Shown: piece by piece, positions 1 to 7,694 of the stretch
Numbering within the stretch: position 1 is the first letter of the stretch
Layout of the letters: every line of letters starts with the position of its first letter
NCBI GenBank assembly: GCA_041671025.1
Contig: JBAZCI010000020.1
Span: forward strand, 509-24,508
DNA: 24,000 bases
Direction: 5' to 3'
Origin: Patescibacteria group bacterium
Lineage (GTDB): Bacteria; Patescibacteriota; Patescibacteriia; UBA10025
The notes under the pieces: generated by a model
Told to the model about the DNA's origin: nothing
What the model saw: the letters and a program-made list of their open reading frames with translations, nothing else
Databases searched by the model: none
Program-made: the position numbers and the translations under genes

Positions 1-54
1 TCGGGCTGCTAATTTCTCTACTTCGCTTTTTTCTACCGATGATAGTTCGGCCAT
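1..54 (-). CDS. 5' end of a gene that continues past the left edge (N-terminus MAELSSVEKSEVEKLAAR); product unknown, weak resemblance to GatC-type N-termini
   Basis: ATG at 54..52 read on the minus strand stays open to the window edge. A TTGATT-17-TATAAT promoter lies 25 nt upstream. Only 18 codons are visible. Confidence 0.3.
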   Translation of the reverse strand, partial: MAELSSVEKSEVEKLAAR

Positions 55-78
55 GAGATTTTATTTTTCTTTATGTGT

Positions 79-107
79 ATTATATCATTTTTTATAAAAA
101 AAATCAA
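79..107 (-). promoter_or_regulatory. sigma70-type promoter, TTGATT (107..102) - 17 nt - TATAAT (84..79)
   Basis: Hexamers and the exact 17-nt spacer were read directly on the minus strand, upstream of the ATG at 54. Confidence 0.45.
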
Positions 108-194
108 ACACCGCACTTTTTACCAGTTAAAAGAGTAATCGTGGGCGTAAAAGAAAAAAAGGCACCACGACACATAAGCCCGGTTTTTTATCGC

Positions 195-1715
195 TTATTC
201 AGCCTTCGATCTATACTGCAGTGCTTCCGCGACATGAACTGACCCGATACACTCCTGGCCTTCAATATCGGCGATGGTTCGGGCAATTTTGAGAATGCGA
301 ATATACGACCGCGCTGAGAGCCGGAGCCGCTCGACCGCTTGGCGCAGAATCTGTGCTGATGCTGAATCCACGGCACACCATGCCCGAAGCTCCCGAGGAG
401 ACATTTCTGCATTTGTAAAAATACGGCGGTTTCCAAACCGTTTCTGCTGACAGTTGCGGGCTAAAATTATACGACTGCGAATCTGCTCAGATGTTTCACC
501 GACACTCGTATCAGTGAGTTTTTCAAATTCCACATGGGGCACCTCTACATGCAGATCGATACGATCGAGGAGCGGGCCTGATATCCTCTTCTGATACTTG
601 GTGACAGCGGCGGGCGGACACACACACTGCCGCTGAGGATGTCCGGCATACCCGCACGGGCATGGATTCATTGCGGCAATAAGCGTAAATTGAGCGGGAA
701 ATATGTATGTCCCTGACGCACGTGAAACTGAAATGACGCCGTCTTCAAGTGGCTGGCGTAAATTTTCGAGAACTACACGGGGGAATTCCGGAAACTCATC
801 TAAAAACAATATCCCCCGGTGAGCCAATGAAATCTCGCCGGGCTTTGGCGTCGCACCGCCTCCCACAAGCGCTACGCCAGATGCCGTATGATGGGGTGAG
901 CGAAACGGTCGTGCGGTAACAAGCGGCTGAGCTCGCGAAAGCAGTCCGGCAACGCTGTAAATCTTTGTTACCTGCAGGGACTCTTCAAGCGTCAACGGAG
1001 GGAGTATGGCGATCATCGCCCGAGCCAACATTGTCTTGCCGACTCCCGGCGGACCGGTAAGAAGAACATTGTGGCCACCGCTTGCCGCAATTTCAAGCGC
1101 CCGCTTCACATGTTGCTGACCCTTAATGTCAGAAAAATCTACACGTGTCTGGTGCCCAGAATCAGCCGACTGCATTCGAATATTTTTGAGAATAGGGATT
1201 TTTTTCACACCCGAAATATGCTCGACGAGCATGTGCAGATTTTTGACTGGATAAATATCGATACCCGGAATCATTGCCGCCTCTCGCGCATCACACGCGG
1301 GAACGTACAATTCACGGATGCCCATCTCTCGCGCATGTACAGCGATCGAAATAACTCCTCGTATTGAACGGGTAGTCCCGTCTAACGCAAGTTCGCCCGC
1401 AAAAAGCCGAGTGCCCGTGTTTCGAAAAATAACAATGCCCTGAGCGATGAGTATCGAGAGCGCAATTGGCAGATCAAACATTGAACCTTCTTTCTTGATA
1501 TCTGCCGGGGCTAAATTGACTGTAATGCGCGTTCGGGGAAAAGCAAATCCGGAATTTTTGATCGCCGAACGAATCCGTTCCCGCGCTTCCTGCACAGCGG
1601 CATCAGGTAATCCGACAACACTAAAATGCGGCAGTCCGTACAGAATATCCGCCTCTACATCAACGAGTCGCGCATCAATACCGACAACCGCCGCCGCATG
1701 TATATTTATATTCAT
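195..1715 (-). CDS. comM: YifB/ComM family Mg-chelatase-like AAA+ ATPase
   Basis: 506-aa ORF. Walker A motif LLTGPPGVGKTM, an ILFLDEFPEF Walker B-like motif, an N-terminal Lon-protease-like/ChlI-like domain and a C-terminal Mg-chelatase subunit-like tail. This architecture is typical of the YifB/ComM family. Confidence 0.85.
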   Translation of the reverse strand: MNINIHAAAVVGIDARLVDVEADILYGLPHFSVVGLPDAAVQEARERIRSAIKNSGFAFPRTRITVNLAPADIKKEGSMFDLPIALSILIAQGIVIFRNTGTRLFAGELALDGTTRSIRGVISIAVHAREMGIRELYVPACDAREAAMIPGIDIYPVKNLHMLVEHISGVKKIPILKNIRMQSADSGHQTRVDFSDIKGQQHVKRALEIAASGGHNVLLTGPPGVGKTMLARAMIAILPPLTLEESLQVTKIYSVAGLLSRAQPLVTARPFRSPHHTASGVALVGGGATPKPGEISLAHRGILFLDEFPEFPRVVLENLRQPLEDGVISVSRASGTYIFPAQFTLIAAMNPCPCGYAGHPQRQCVCPPAAVTKYQKRISGPLLDRIDLHVEVPHVEFEKLTDTSVGETSEQIRSRIILARNCQQKRFGNRRIFTNAEMSPRELRAWCAVDSASAQILRQAVERLRLSARSYIRILKIARTIADIEGQECIGSVHVAEALQYRSKAE

Positions 1716-1724
1716 ACTATGGTG

Positions 1725-1761
1725 AAAAGCAAAAAAGCTCTTCGCGAAAAGACGAGAAGAG
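1725..1761 (-). terminator. intrinsic terminator after lspA
   Basis: Minus-strand RNA reads CUCUUCUCG-UCUUUU-CGCGAAGAG (9-bp stem with one mismatch), followed by CUUUUUUGCUUUU. It lies 23 nt after the lspA stop. Confidence 0.5.
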
Positions 1762-1784
1762 TGAGAAGTGAATGGCGCAGCGTC

Positions 1785-2240
1785 CTAACGTGTACGGGGA
1801 AAAAGTATGGAAATGCCCATCAGGACGGCTCCGCAGAAAATCAGTATATCACCCGTATTTATCGTTGACCAGGAAAAAAAGTCTAGGTAATCCACCACCG
1901 CTCCGTGCATGATACGATCAATCAGATTCGAAAGCGCACCGAAAACAACCATTGCGGCGGCGGCGGCCTGCGTCAGACGTCCCTGTTGATAACTCTTCAA
2001 CCATACGAAAGCTACTCCTGCGATAACCACAGCGGAAAAAATTATCGCCAACACATTGGAAAGCGGGATACTCAAGGCAACGCCCGAATTACGCACATAC
2101 ACAAAAGATAACACCTTCGGAATGATTTCATGCGTCCCGTCGATCTGAAGAGAAATTACCCGAAGTGCTCGGTCAATGAGGACCACAAAAAACAGCACGG
2201 CGTGAATAATCAGCCACCGCCGTCTATCTTTCGTTTCCAT
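1785..2240 (-). CDS. lspA: lipoprotein signal peptidase (signal peptidase II)
   Basis: 151-aa polytopic membrane protein. It has the family motifs VRNSGVALS (N.G.AF-like) and AVVDYLDF ... NTGDILI (catalytic Asp regions). Confidence 0.8.
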   Translation of the reverse strand: METKDRRRWLIIHAVLFFVVLIDRALRVISLQIDGTHEIIPKVLSFVYVRNSGVALSIPLSNVLAIIFSAVVIAGVAFVWLKSYQQGRLTQAAAAAMVVFGALSNLIDRIMHGAVVDYLDFFSWSTINTGDILIFCGAVLMGISILFPRTR

Positions 2241-2255
2241 CGAAGTACGTTCCTG

Positions 2256-2606
2256 TTACACGCTGCACTCCGTGTGCTGCATCGCCGCAGGAAATGCTTC
2301 GAGACGCTTCTCGTCAATTTTTTTTCCGCACCGAACGCAAAGACCGTATGTCCCTTCTGCGATTTTCTGTAGCGCAGTCGTCACGTCAAGTAGTGTATGC
2401 GAAAGATTTTGCTGAATGGCGAGTTTCTCCGCATACGTCGCAACTTCAGCTGCATTCTCATCATCTTTTGATCCCATATCAGTCCACTCAACGCGTTCCG
2501 AAGAACCGTCGGAATTGTTGGTAATTAACTTTGCAAGCTGTGTATCCAATCGTTTCTTTTCTTCTTCCAATCTGGATTTCATTTTTGCAGTAAATAGTGT
2601 TGTCAT
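2256..2606 (-). CDS. DksA/TraR family zinc-finger protein
   Basis: 116 aa. An N-terminal coiled-coil-like region is followed by the C-terminal CVRCGKKIDEKRLEAFPAAMQHTEC. The second metal pair reads HxxC instead of the usual CxxC. Confidence 0.7.
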   Translation of the reverse strand: MTTLFTAKMKSRLEEEKKRLDTQLAKLITNNSDGSSERVEWTDMGSKDDENAAEVATYAEKLAIQQNLSHTLLDVTTALQKIAEGTYGLCVRCGKKIDEKRLEAFPAAMQHTECSV

Positions 2607-2700
2607 ATGCAGAATAAAAAAATTATTGATGCCAAGAGAGGTAGCAAAATTCTACCCGTGAGCAGTGTAACACGAAATGGAAAAGAAGTATAGAGTTACC

Positions 2701-2736
2701 AAAAAGGCTCTATCCCGTACACAAGGATAGAGCCTT
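2701..2736 (-). terminator. intrinsic terminator after the giant surface-protein gene
   Basis: Perfect 11-12 bp stem AGGCTCTATCC / GGATAGAGCCT (2704-2715 / 2725-2736) with a 9-nt loop, followed on the minus strand by a U-run. It lies 15 nt after the stop at 2751. Confidence 0.75.
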
Positions 2737-2750
2737 AGTTTGTAAGAAAA

Positions 2751-5700
2751 CTAGTATGCGGGGAAAATAGTCAGACCGCCGCGGAATCCTTTGTGATGGG
2801 AGAAAAACTGTGAAAGTGCGCCACCATTGCGGGAAAAGGTACGGACCTGTGGACCCATTCCTGCCCCTGGTGCCGTCACGACCTCAGCTGTACCGTTGCC
2901 ATCAAGGTCGGCGACAAACGATGTGAAGTTCCCGCGAAGCCGCGAAGCATACGCGAAGAACTGTGATTTTACCTTGCCTGCTGAGCTGAAAACACGAACT
3001 TGCGGTCCCGCGGTGCTTATCGGTGAAACCACAACATCATTTGACCCATCGCCATCGACATCTCCGACTGAGACGTTCACGCCCCCGCGGAATGTAGAAG
3101 CGTACGCGAAGAAGCGCGAGAGTGTAGCCCCATTCTTATCAAAGACTGCAACCTGAGGACCATTGCCCGCCTTTGTGGAAACAACTATGTCATCATCGCC
3201 GTCTCCGTCCATATCACCAAGCGCGGCATTAAATCCTCCGCGAACGCCTGCAGCATAGGCATTAAATCTTTTAATCACCGTTCCGCTCGCTTCAAAGACG
3301 CCTACTTCCGGACCGGCGTTAGAATCCGGGACCGTAACAATTTCCGAGACACCGTCACCGTCTACATCACCGGTCAATGCTCTGGATCCTCCCCGGAAAC
3401 TTGAATTGTATGCGAAGAATTGGTGAATAACATTCCCACTGCGATTAAAGACACGGACCTGCGGACCTGCGCCCGCCATGGGCGAAGTAATGATCTCGTC
3501 TGTACCGTCTCCGTTGATATCAGCGGATGTCACGTGAATACCCGTTTTAATGGACTCGGGATAGGCGAAGAACTGAGATAGCAGTTTTCCGCTTTTATTG
3601 AATACACGGACCTGCGGACCTGCGCCGCTGCCCGGAGCAACGATAATCTCCTCGACACCGTCACCGTCTACATCACCGGTAACCGCCTCAATCCCGATAC
3701 GAAGGGTCGAGCTGTACGCGAAGAAATTAGCGAGTACTTTGCCGTTTTCATCTGCCAGAATCACCTGAGGTCCTCCGCTTGCCGCCGGCACCGCGAGAAT
3801 ATCAGCCGGCCCGCGGTTTGAACCCGCCGAGGCTCCTGAGACGAGCACAAAGGTCGTGAAATGGTTCGTCTGAATAGTAATCGTGTTGTTGTCATTGTCC
3901 TGCACGACACCGATAGGATTCTGGTAACTGCTGGTTGTCTCATCAAAAAACTTGCTGACCAGCGTACCCTCATCTATCCCCAACGCAGTCAACTGAGATT
4001 CAGAATACGGAAATTTGATCGTCACATTTGAATTAAATGTGGTGATTTCATTATTATCCGCATCAAGTGCTGTCAAGTCATACCCGACACCAAAGGGCTG
4101 TACATTTTTCATGCGGAAAAGATTGGTTACTGTCGGGTTTGCGCTAACGGTTACATTCGTTCCAGAATCGCCTAGTGCACCTGACGGTATCGTGATACTC
4201 GTGCCGTTCTCCAGATTAATGACCTGAGCCGTACCGGCATCAAATGTTGTGGTAACAGGAGCAGGAACAGTAAAGTTGGAAGCGGTGACCGGGAAATCCT
4301 TCGTAATGCTGGTCTGCGTCGTGATCGTTATGATCTCTTCATCAGACTGGTAGAATGACGTACCGTCAAAACTGTCAGCGCCGCAATGCCACGTTCCTGC
4401 GCGATAATTCACTGAATATGCGCCGCCAAACATGACCGGCCCGCCGGTAAATCCGCCGTTTTCTTCCCAACAATGTACAAATCCCATATTGAGGGGCGTA
4501 CCGGCAATTTTTACCGTCCCGCTCATTGTGCCTAGTGCCTTATCAAGCCGTAATGTGATATTGGCCGTCGATGCCGTACGCATATCAACTTTTTCAAAGT
4601 CAGCGGGAATAAATGCGCTGCCCGGCGGGAGGCCCATGCCTACTTCATAGCGATGACCCTTGAGCACGCCAAGAGAAAAAGTTCCGTCTGGATTTGTTTT
4701 TACATCAGAATGCAACTCGTTCTTGAAATTCTCGGGATTATTACCTTGACCCTCAAATTCGACCCAGTTACCAGCAAACACAAACGCATCCACGCCGTTT
4801 CCGTTCGGATCAACAACGCGTCCGGTGATCGTTGCATCCGCCTTATTGACTGTGAGATTCATCGTGGTGACTCCCACAGCAATGGTGATCGGTGTAGGAT
4901 CCGGGGGTTTCATCATAAAGCCGTTTGAAGACTCAATGAAATACCCCATGTGATACCCTTCGCCGGAGAGTAAACTGACGCTGTATGTACAGTCAGATCG
5001 AATCTCTCCGCCTTTCCATGAACCGCTCCGATCGAAATGAACATCGCCGAACCATCCTTTTGAAGAAACGCACGATGTAATGGTATGCCCATTTTGGTCA
5101 ATCAACCGGCCTTCCACTGTCGCATCATTTGCCTTGACCTGGATATTTTTTGTCGAAGTAGCATTGGCGAATACTGCGACATTCTGATTATCAACTGCAG
5201 AGTATGGGGCATTGGGAGGCGTATGAATGCTCAACGTATATGTTGAGGCTACGCTACTCGGAACACTAATACTGAAAGACCCATTCTGACAATTGACCGG
5301 CCCGCCATATCCGGGACCGAAACCGCCTATGCCCGAAGTTGCCGGCCGTGCCTCGACATACGCGCAAAATCCGCTCACAACATTGCCCGACATGTCTACA
5401 ACCGAGCCGCTAATGGTCGCGTCGGCAAAAGTGAGAACCATAGTAGGGACACTTACCGTAGAAGTCTCTGTGGGAACATCAACATCAACCGGCGGCCCAC
5501 TGTAGACATAGCGTTGATTGCGTCCCTGATCAATATTTACTCCCCACCGCCCTGAAGTAACGGCGAGCGTGAAATTTCCTTCTGAGTCACTTTGTGTATT
5601 ACTCCACCCGGGCTGTCCATGCATGAATGAATTGACGTACACACCACCGACACCCGTGCCGTCCGATTTGACGACCTTACCGACAATTTTCGCAGACTTG

Positions 5701-7409
5701 CTTTTCGCGGTTAGCGTGCCGATATCTTTTGCCTCATTGTCACCGATAGTAATATTTATTTCTGAAAACGTATACTGATTATCAGGACTAAATACGCTTA
5801 CCCGATACGATCCCGCCTGTACATTTACGGTAAATGTTCCGTCCGGTCGTACCTGCCCATTGTTGCCGATACCTTCTTGATTTCGTACATCAACATTTGC
5901 ATTCGTCATCGCCGATCCGTCCGGTTTCACCACTCTTCCCGTCACAGATGCGTTGGCTGTCTGCACAGTTAAGTTGAGTGTTTTGTTCTCCGTTGAGGAA
6001 TTACCAGAAAATTCTACCCGCTGAGGCGGACCGGAAAAAAACCAGTCAACCGCCTGTGATCCGGGCCCCATGTTTGGCGAGACCATAATATTCCAGAGTC
6101 CGCCTGAAAGTGCCAAGGTATAGTTACCGTTAGAATCCGTGGTTGTGTTACTGAACCCAAAGCCTCCATCCTTATTAGCATTGACCATAGCGCCTCCCAC
6201 CGGCGTACCGTTATTTTTCTTGACCTGTCCTACCAGAAATTTGGTAGCGCTTACAAATGTCAGATTTTTCGTAATGACGCCTGAGCTTATGGTAATTGTT
6301 TGCTGCTCAGGTGAAATAAGACCCGAGGATCCCCAGGGTGCCTGTACTTCAAGCTTGTAGGTCCCTGCGGGCAATCCACCTATCTGATACTGCCCATTTT
6401 GAGCGCTTTGAGCGGAAGAATTTGTCGTCCAGTCATCTGTATGCACCTGTACATTTGCATTTGCCGTGGGCGTTGAACCGTCCGGACCAAACACCGTGCC
6501 TACCACCTGCGCGGTGGTCAGCTTAATGACACCGACGTTGAGCAGTGTGCCAGACGTGACGCTCACACTTTTTGGAACTGCCGCTGTAAAAACTAAATTA
6601 TTGGGACGGCATTCAATCGTATATGCACCGGTAGGTAAGGTGCCGAATCTAAAACTGCCATCAACAGGATTTGCATTAGAATTTTTTTGTACCGTTCGAT
6701 CCTGATTAAAAATGTCGCAATTGACATTTCCCTGACTGAGATCAAGTGCATTGCCGTCTGGATCCTTCACTGTACCGATCACATTCGGAGTATCCAGACG
6801 AATAATCTGTCCGGTGACAGGGGTGCCGGAAAACGTAAGAGGCGTCTGTGAAGAAGTATACGCAGATCCCTGAGGAGGTTGTGCGTCAATGGTAAATGAC
6901 CCGTTCGGGATGCCGCCAAATTTAAAATTGCCGTTATCGTCCGTGCCTGTTCCCGTGTTAAATGTCCAATCGGCGGTACGGATCTGTACCCAGCTATTGC
7001 CGACTCGTGTCGTCCCGTCCGGTGCCGTAACATACCCCACGATACTCGGATTGGTCAGGTGAACAGCTCCCAAATTGACTGCGCTATCTCCAACATTGAT
7101 CTTAAACGGAGTCGGCCCTGCATAATCTCCGTCATTGCCTTGGTAAGCAATCTGCACTTCATACTGACCGGCGGAAATACTTCCGACCGAAAAAGCCCCA
7201 GTCGGGTCAATTGACGCACCATTGCCCGGCCCCGGAACCGTTGGATTAATACTGACATATCCTCCGGCCTGGGATAATGCCGCTCCCGAAGGACTAACGA
7301 TGGTTCCCGAAACAGCGACCGACGCTGACGCCGGCTGAGTGAACCCAAACGCTACTCCTAGAACAAGGAGTAATACCCCGAAACTCACCAGACAAATATT
7401 TTTTGTCAT
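2751..7409 (-). CDS. giant secreted/surface repeat protein (1552 aa): signal peptide, 11 carboxypeptidase-regulatory-like beta-sandwich modules, one HFTTF-ending beta-sandwich module, and a 7-blade FG-GAP/VCBS-like beta-propeller
   Basis: ORF 2751..7610 is trimmed to the ATG at 7409, which opens MTKNICLVSFGVLLLVLGVAFGFTQPASA (signal-peptide-like). The 67 upstream codons run through a promoter and a terminator. Eleven modules each open with a ..G.V....G motif (IVGYVTAPDG, VIGTVKDPDG, VTGRVVKPDG, ITGRVVDPNG and others). The C-terminal 353 aa are 51-aa repeats carrying GDVDGDG, GPQVRVF and FFAY. There is no LPXTG motif and no C-terminal TM segment. Confidence 0.85.
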   Translation of the reverse strand: MTKNICLVSFGVLLLVLGVAFGFTQPASASVAVSGTIVSPSGAALSQAGGYVSINPTVPGPGNGASIDPTGAFSVGSISAGQYEVQIAYQGNDGDYAGPTPFKINVGDSAVNLGAVHLTNPSIVGYVTAPDGTTRVGNSWVQIRTADWTFNTGTGTDDNGNFKFGGIPNGSFTIDAQPPQGSAYTSSQTPLTFSGTPVTGQIIRLDTPNVIGTVKDPDGNALDLSQGNVNCDIFNQDRTVQKNSNANPVDGSFRFGTLPTGAYTIECRPNNLVFTAAVPKSVSVTSGTLLNVGVIKLTTAQVVGTVFGPDGSTPTANANVQVHTDDWTTNSSAQSAQNGQYQIGGLPAGTYKLEVQAPWGSSGLISPEQQTITISSGVITKNLTFVSATKFLVGQVKKNNGTPVGGAMVNANKDGGFGFSNTTTDSNGNYTLALSGGLWNIMVSPNMGPGSQAVDWFFSGPPQRVEFSGNSSTENKTLNLTVQTANASVTGRVVKPDGSAMTNANVDVRNQEGIGNNGQVRPDGTFTVNVQAGSYRVSVFSPDNQYTFSEINITIGDNEAKDIGTLTAKSKSAKIVGKVVKSDGTGVGGVYVNSFMHGQPGWSNTQSDSEGNFTLAVTSGRWGVNIDQGRNQRYVYSGPPVDVDVPTETSTVSVPTMVLTFADATISGSVVDMSGNVVSGFCAYVEARPATSGIGGFGPGYGGPVNCQNGSFSISVPSSVASTYTLSIHTPPNAPYSAVDNQNVAVFANATSTKNIQVKANDATVEGRLIDQNGHTITSCVSSKGWFGDVHFDRSGSWKGGEIRSDCTYSVSLLSGEGYHMGYFIESSNGFMMKPPDPTPITIAVGVTTMNLTVNKADATITGRVVDPNGNGVDAFVFAGNWVEFEGQGNNPENFKNELHSDVKTNPDGTFSLGVLKGHRYEVGMGLPPGSAFIPADFEKVDMRTASTANITLRLDKALGTMSGTVKIAGTPLNMGFVHCWEENGGFTGGPVMFGGAYSVNYRAGTWHCGADSFDGTSFYQSDEEIITITTQTSITKDFPVTASNFTVPAPVTTTFDAGTAQVINLENGTSITIPSGALGDSGTNVTVSANPTVTNLFRMKNVQPFGVGYDLTALDADNNEITTFNSNVTIKFPYSESQLTALGIDEGTLVSKFFDETTSSYQNPIGVVQDNDNNTITIQTNHFTTFVLVSGASAGSNRGPADILAVPAASGGPQVILADENGKVLANFFAYSSTLRIGIEAVTGDVDGDGVEEIIVAPGSGAGPQVRVFNKSGKLLSQFFAYPESIKTGIHVTSADINGDGTDEIITSPMAGAGPQVRVFNRSGNVIHQFFAYNSSFRGGSRALTGDVDGDGVSEIVTVPDSNAGPEVGVFEASGTVIKRFNAYAAGVRGGFNAALGDMDGDGDDDIVVSTKAGNGPQVAVFDKNGATLSRFFAYASTFRGGVNVSVGDVDGDGSNDVVVSPISTAGPQVRVFSSAGKVKSQFFAYASRLRGNFTSFVADLDGNGTAEVVTAPGAGMGPQVRTFSRNGGALSQFFSHHKGFRGGLTIFPAY
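2754..3812 (-). repeat. in-frame tandem coding repeat, period 153 nt (51 aa): six full units plus a split unit (33 aa N-terminal part, 14 aa C-terminal part)
   Basis: I counted the units directly from the translation. Each has the pattern ..R.G.....GD.DGDG...(I/V)(I/V).....AGPQVRVF...G.....FFAY. The split unit is consistent with velcro closure of a 7-blade propeller. Confidence 0.8.
4290..7322 (-). repeat. 11 divergent tandem ~85-95-aa beta-sandwich modules (CarboxypepD_reg-like) inside the giant gene; boundaries approximate
   Basis: The module-opening motif recurs as hydrophobic-x-G-x-V-x-x-x-x-G, followed by D.NG.F/Y ... G.Y.(V/I) strands. The repeats are conserved at protein level but not at DNA level. 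Confidence 0.6.
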
Positions 7410-7449
7410 GAATGTGATCTTAATGATTATTGCTGAATGTAATAAATAC

Positions 7450-7479
7450 AAAAAAACCCTCTTATCGGGCGACAAGAAG
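7450..7479 (-). terminator. intrinsic terminator inside the 5' leader of the giant gene, 40 nt upstream of its ATG
   Basis: Minus-strand RNA reads CUUCUUGUC-GCCC-GAUAAGAGG (9-bp stem including 2 G-U pairs, tetraloop), followed by G and seven U (7456..7450). Confidence 0.65.
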
Positions 7480-7601
7480 CCTAGGAATATATATTCGATT
7501 GAATATCTGAAACTTTTGTCTTTTGTTTCTCTGCTTGGCCATCCCCCTAAGGCATTATCAAGCGAAATAGTTAAGCTAAACGTTTTTGAGCTTACCCCTG
7601 T

Positions 7602-7630
7602 AGTATACACTAAAAATTTGGCTAAGTCAA
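7602..7630 (-). promoter_or_regulatory. sigma70-type promoter, TTGACT (7630..7625) - 17 nt - TATACT (7607..7602)
   Basis: Hexamers and spacer were read directly. The predicted transcription start near 7595 lies about 185 nt upstream of the giant-gene ATG. Confidence 0.55.
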
Positions 7631-7694
7631 GCCTCTCCCCGGATCATACTGCATGATCTAGGCAATATATACCCGTTGGGCATGAAGAAAACTG

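Noticed and set aside
188-1725. Small ORFs overlapping comM in other frames (188..436, 1071..1367, 1447..1725)
   Set aside because: They are shadow ORFs within a well-supported 506-aa AAA+ gene.
2754-3812. Regular 153-nt periodic repeats, considered as a possible CRISPR array, a satellite or a DGR variable region
   Set aside because: The repeats are in-frame protein repeats of 51 aa with divergent DNA and no spacer-repeat structure. The window contains no reverse transcriptase and no template repeat with adenine-specific mismatches.
7410-7610. N-terminal 67 codons of the 1619-aa ORF-track entry for the giant gene
   Set aside because: This stretch runs through a consensus promoter and an intrinsic terminator. 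It has no signal peptide, whereas the ATG at 7409 opens directly with one. It is better treated as leader RNA than as coding sequence.
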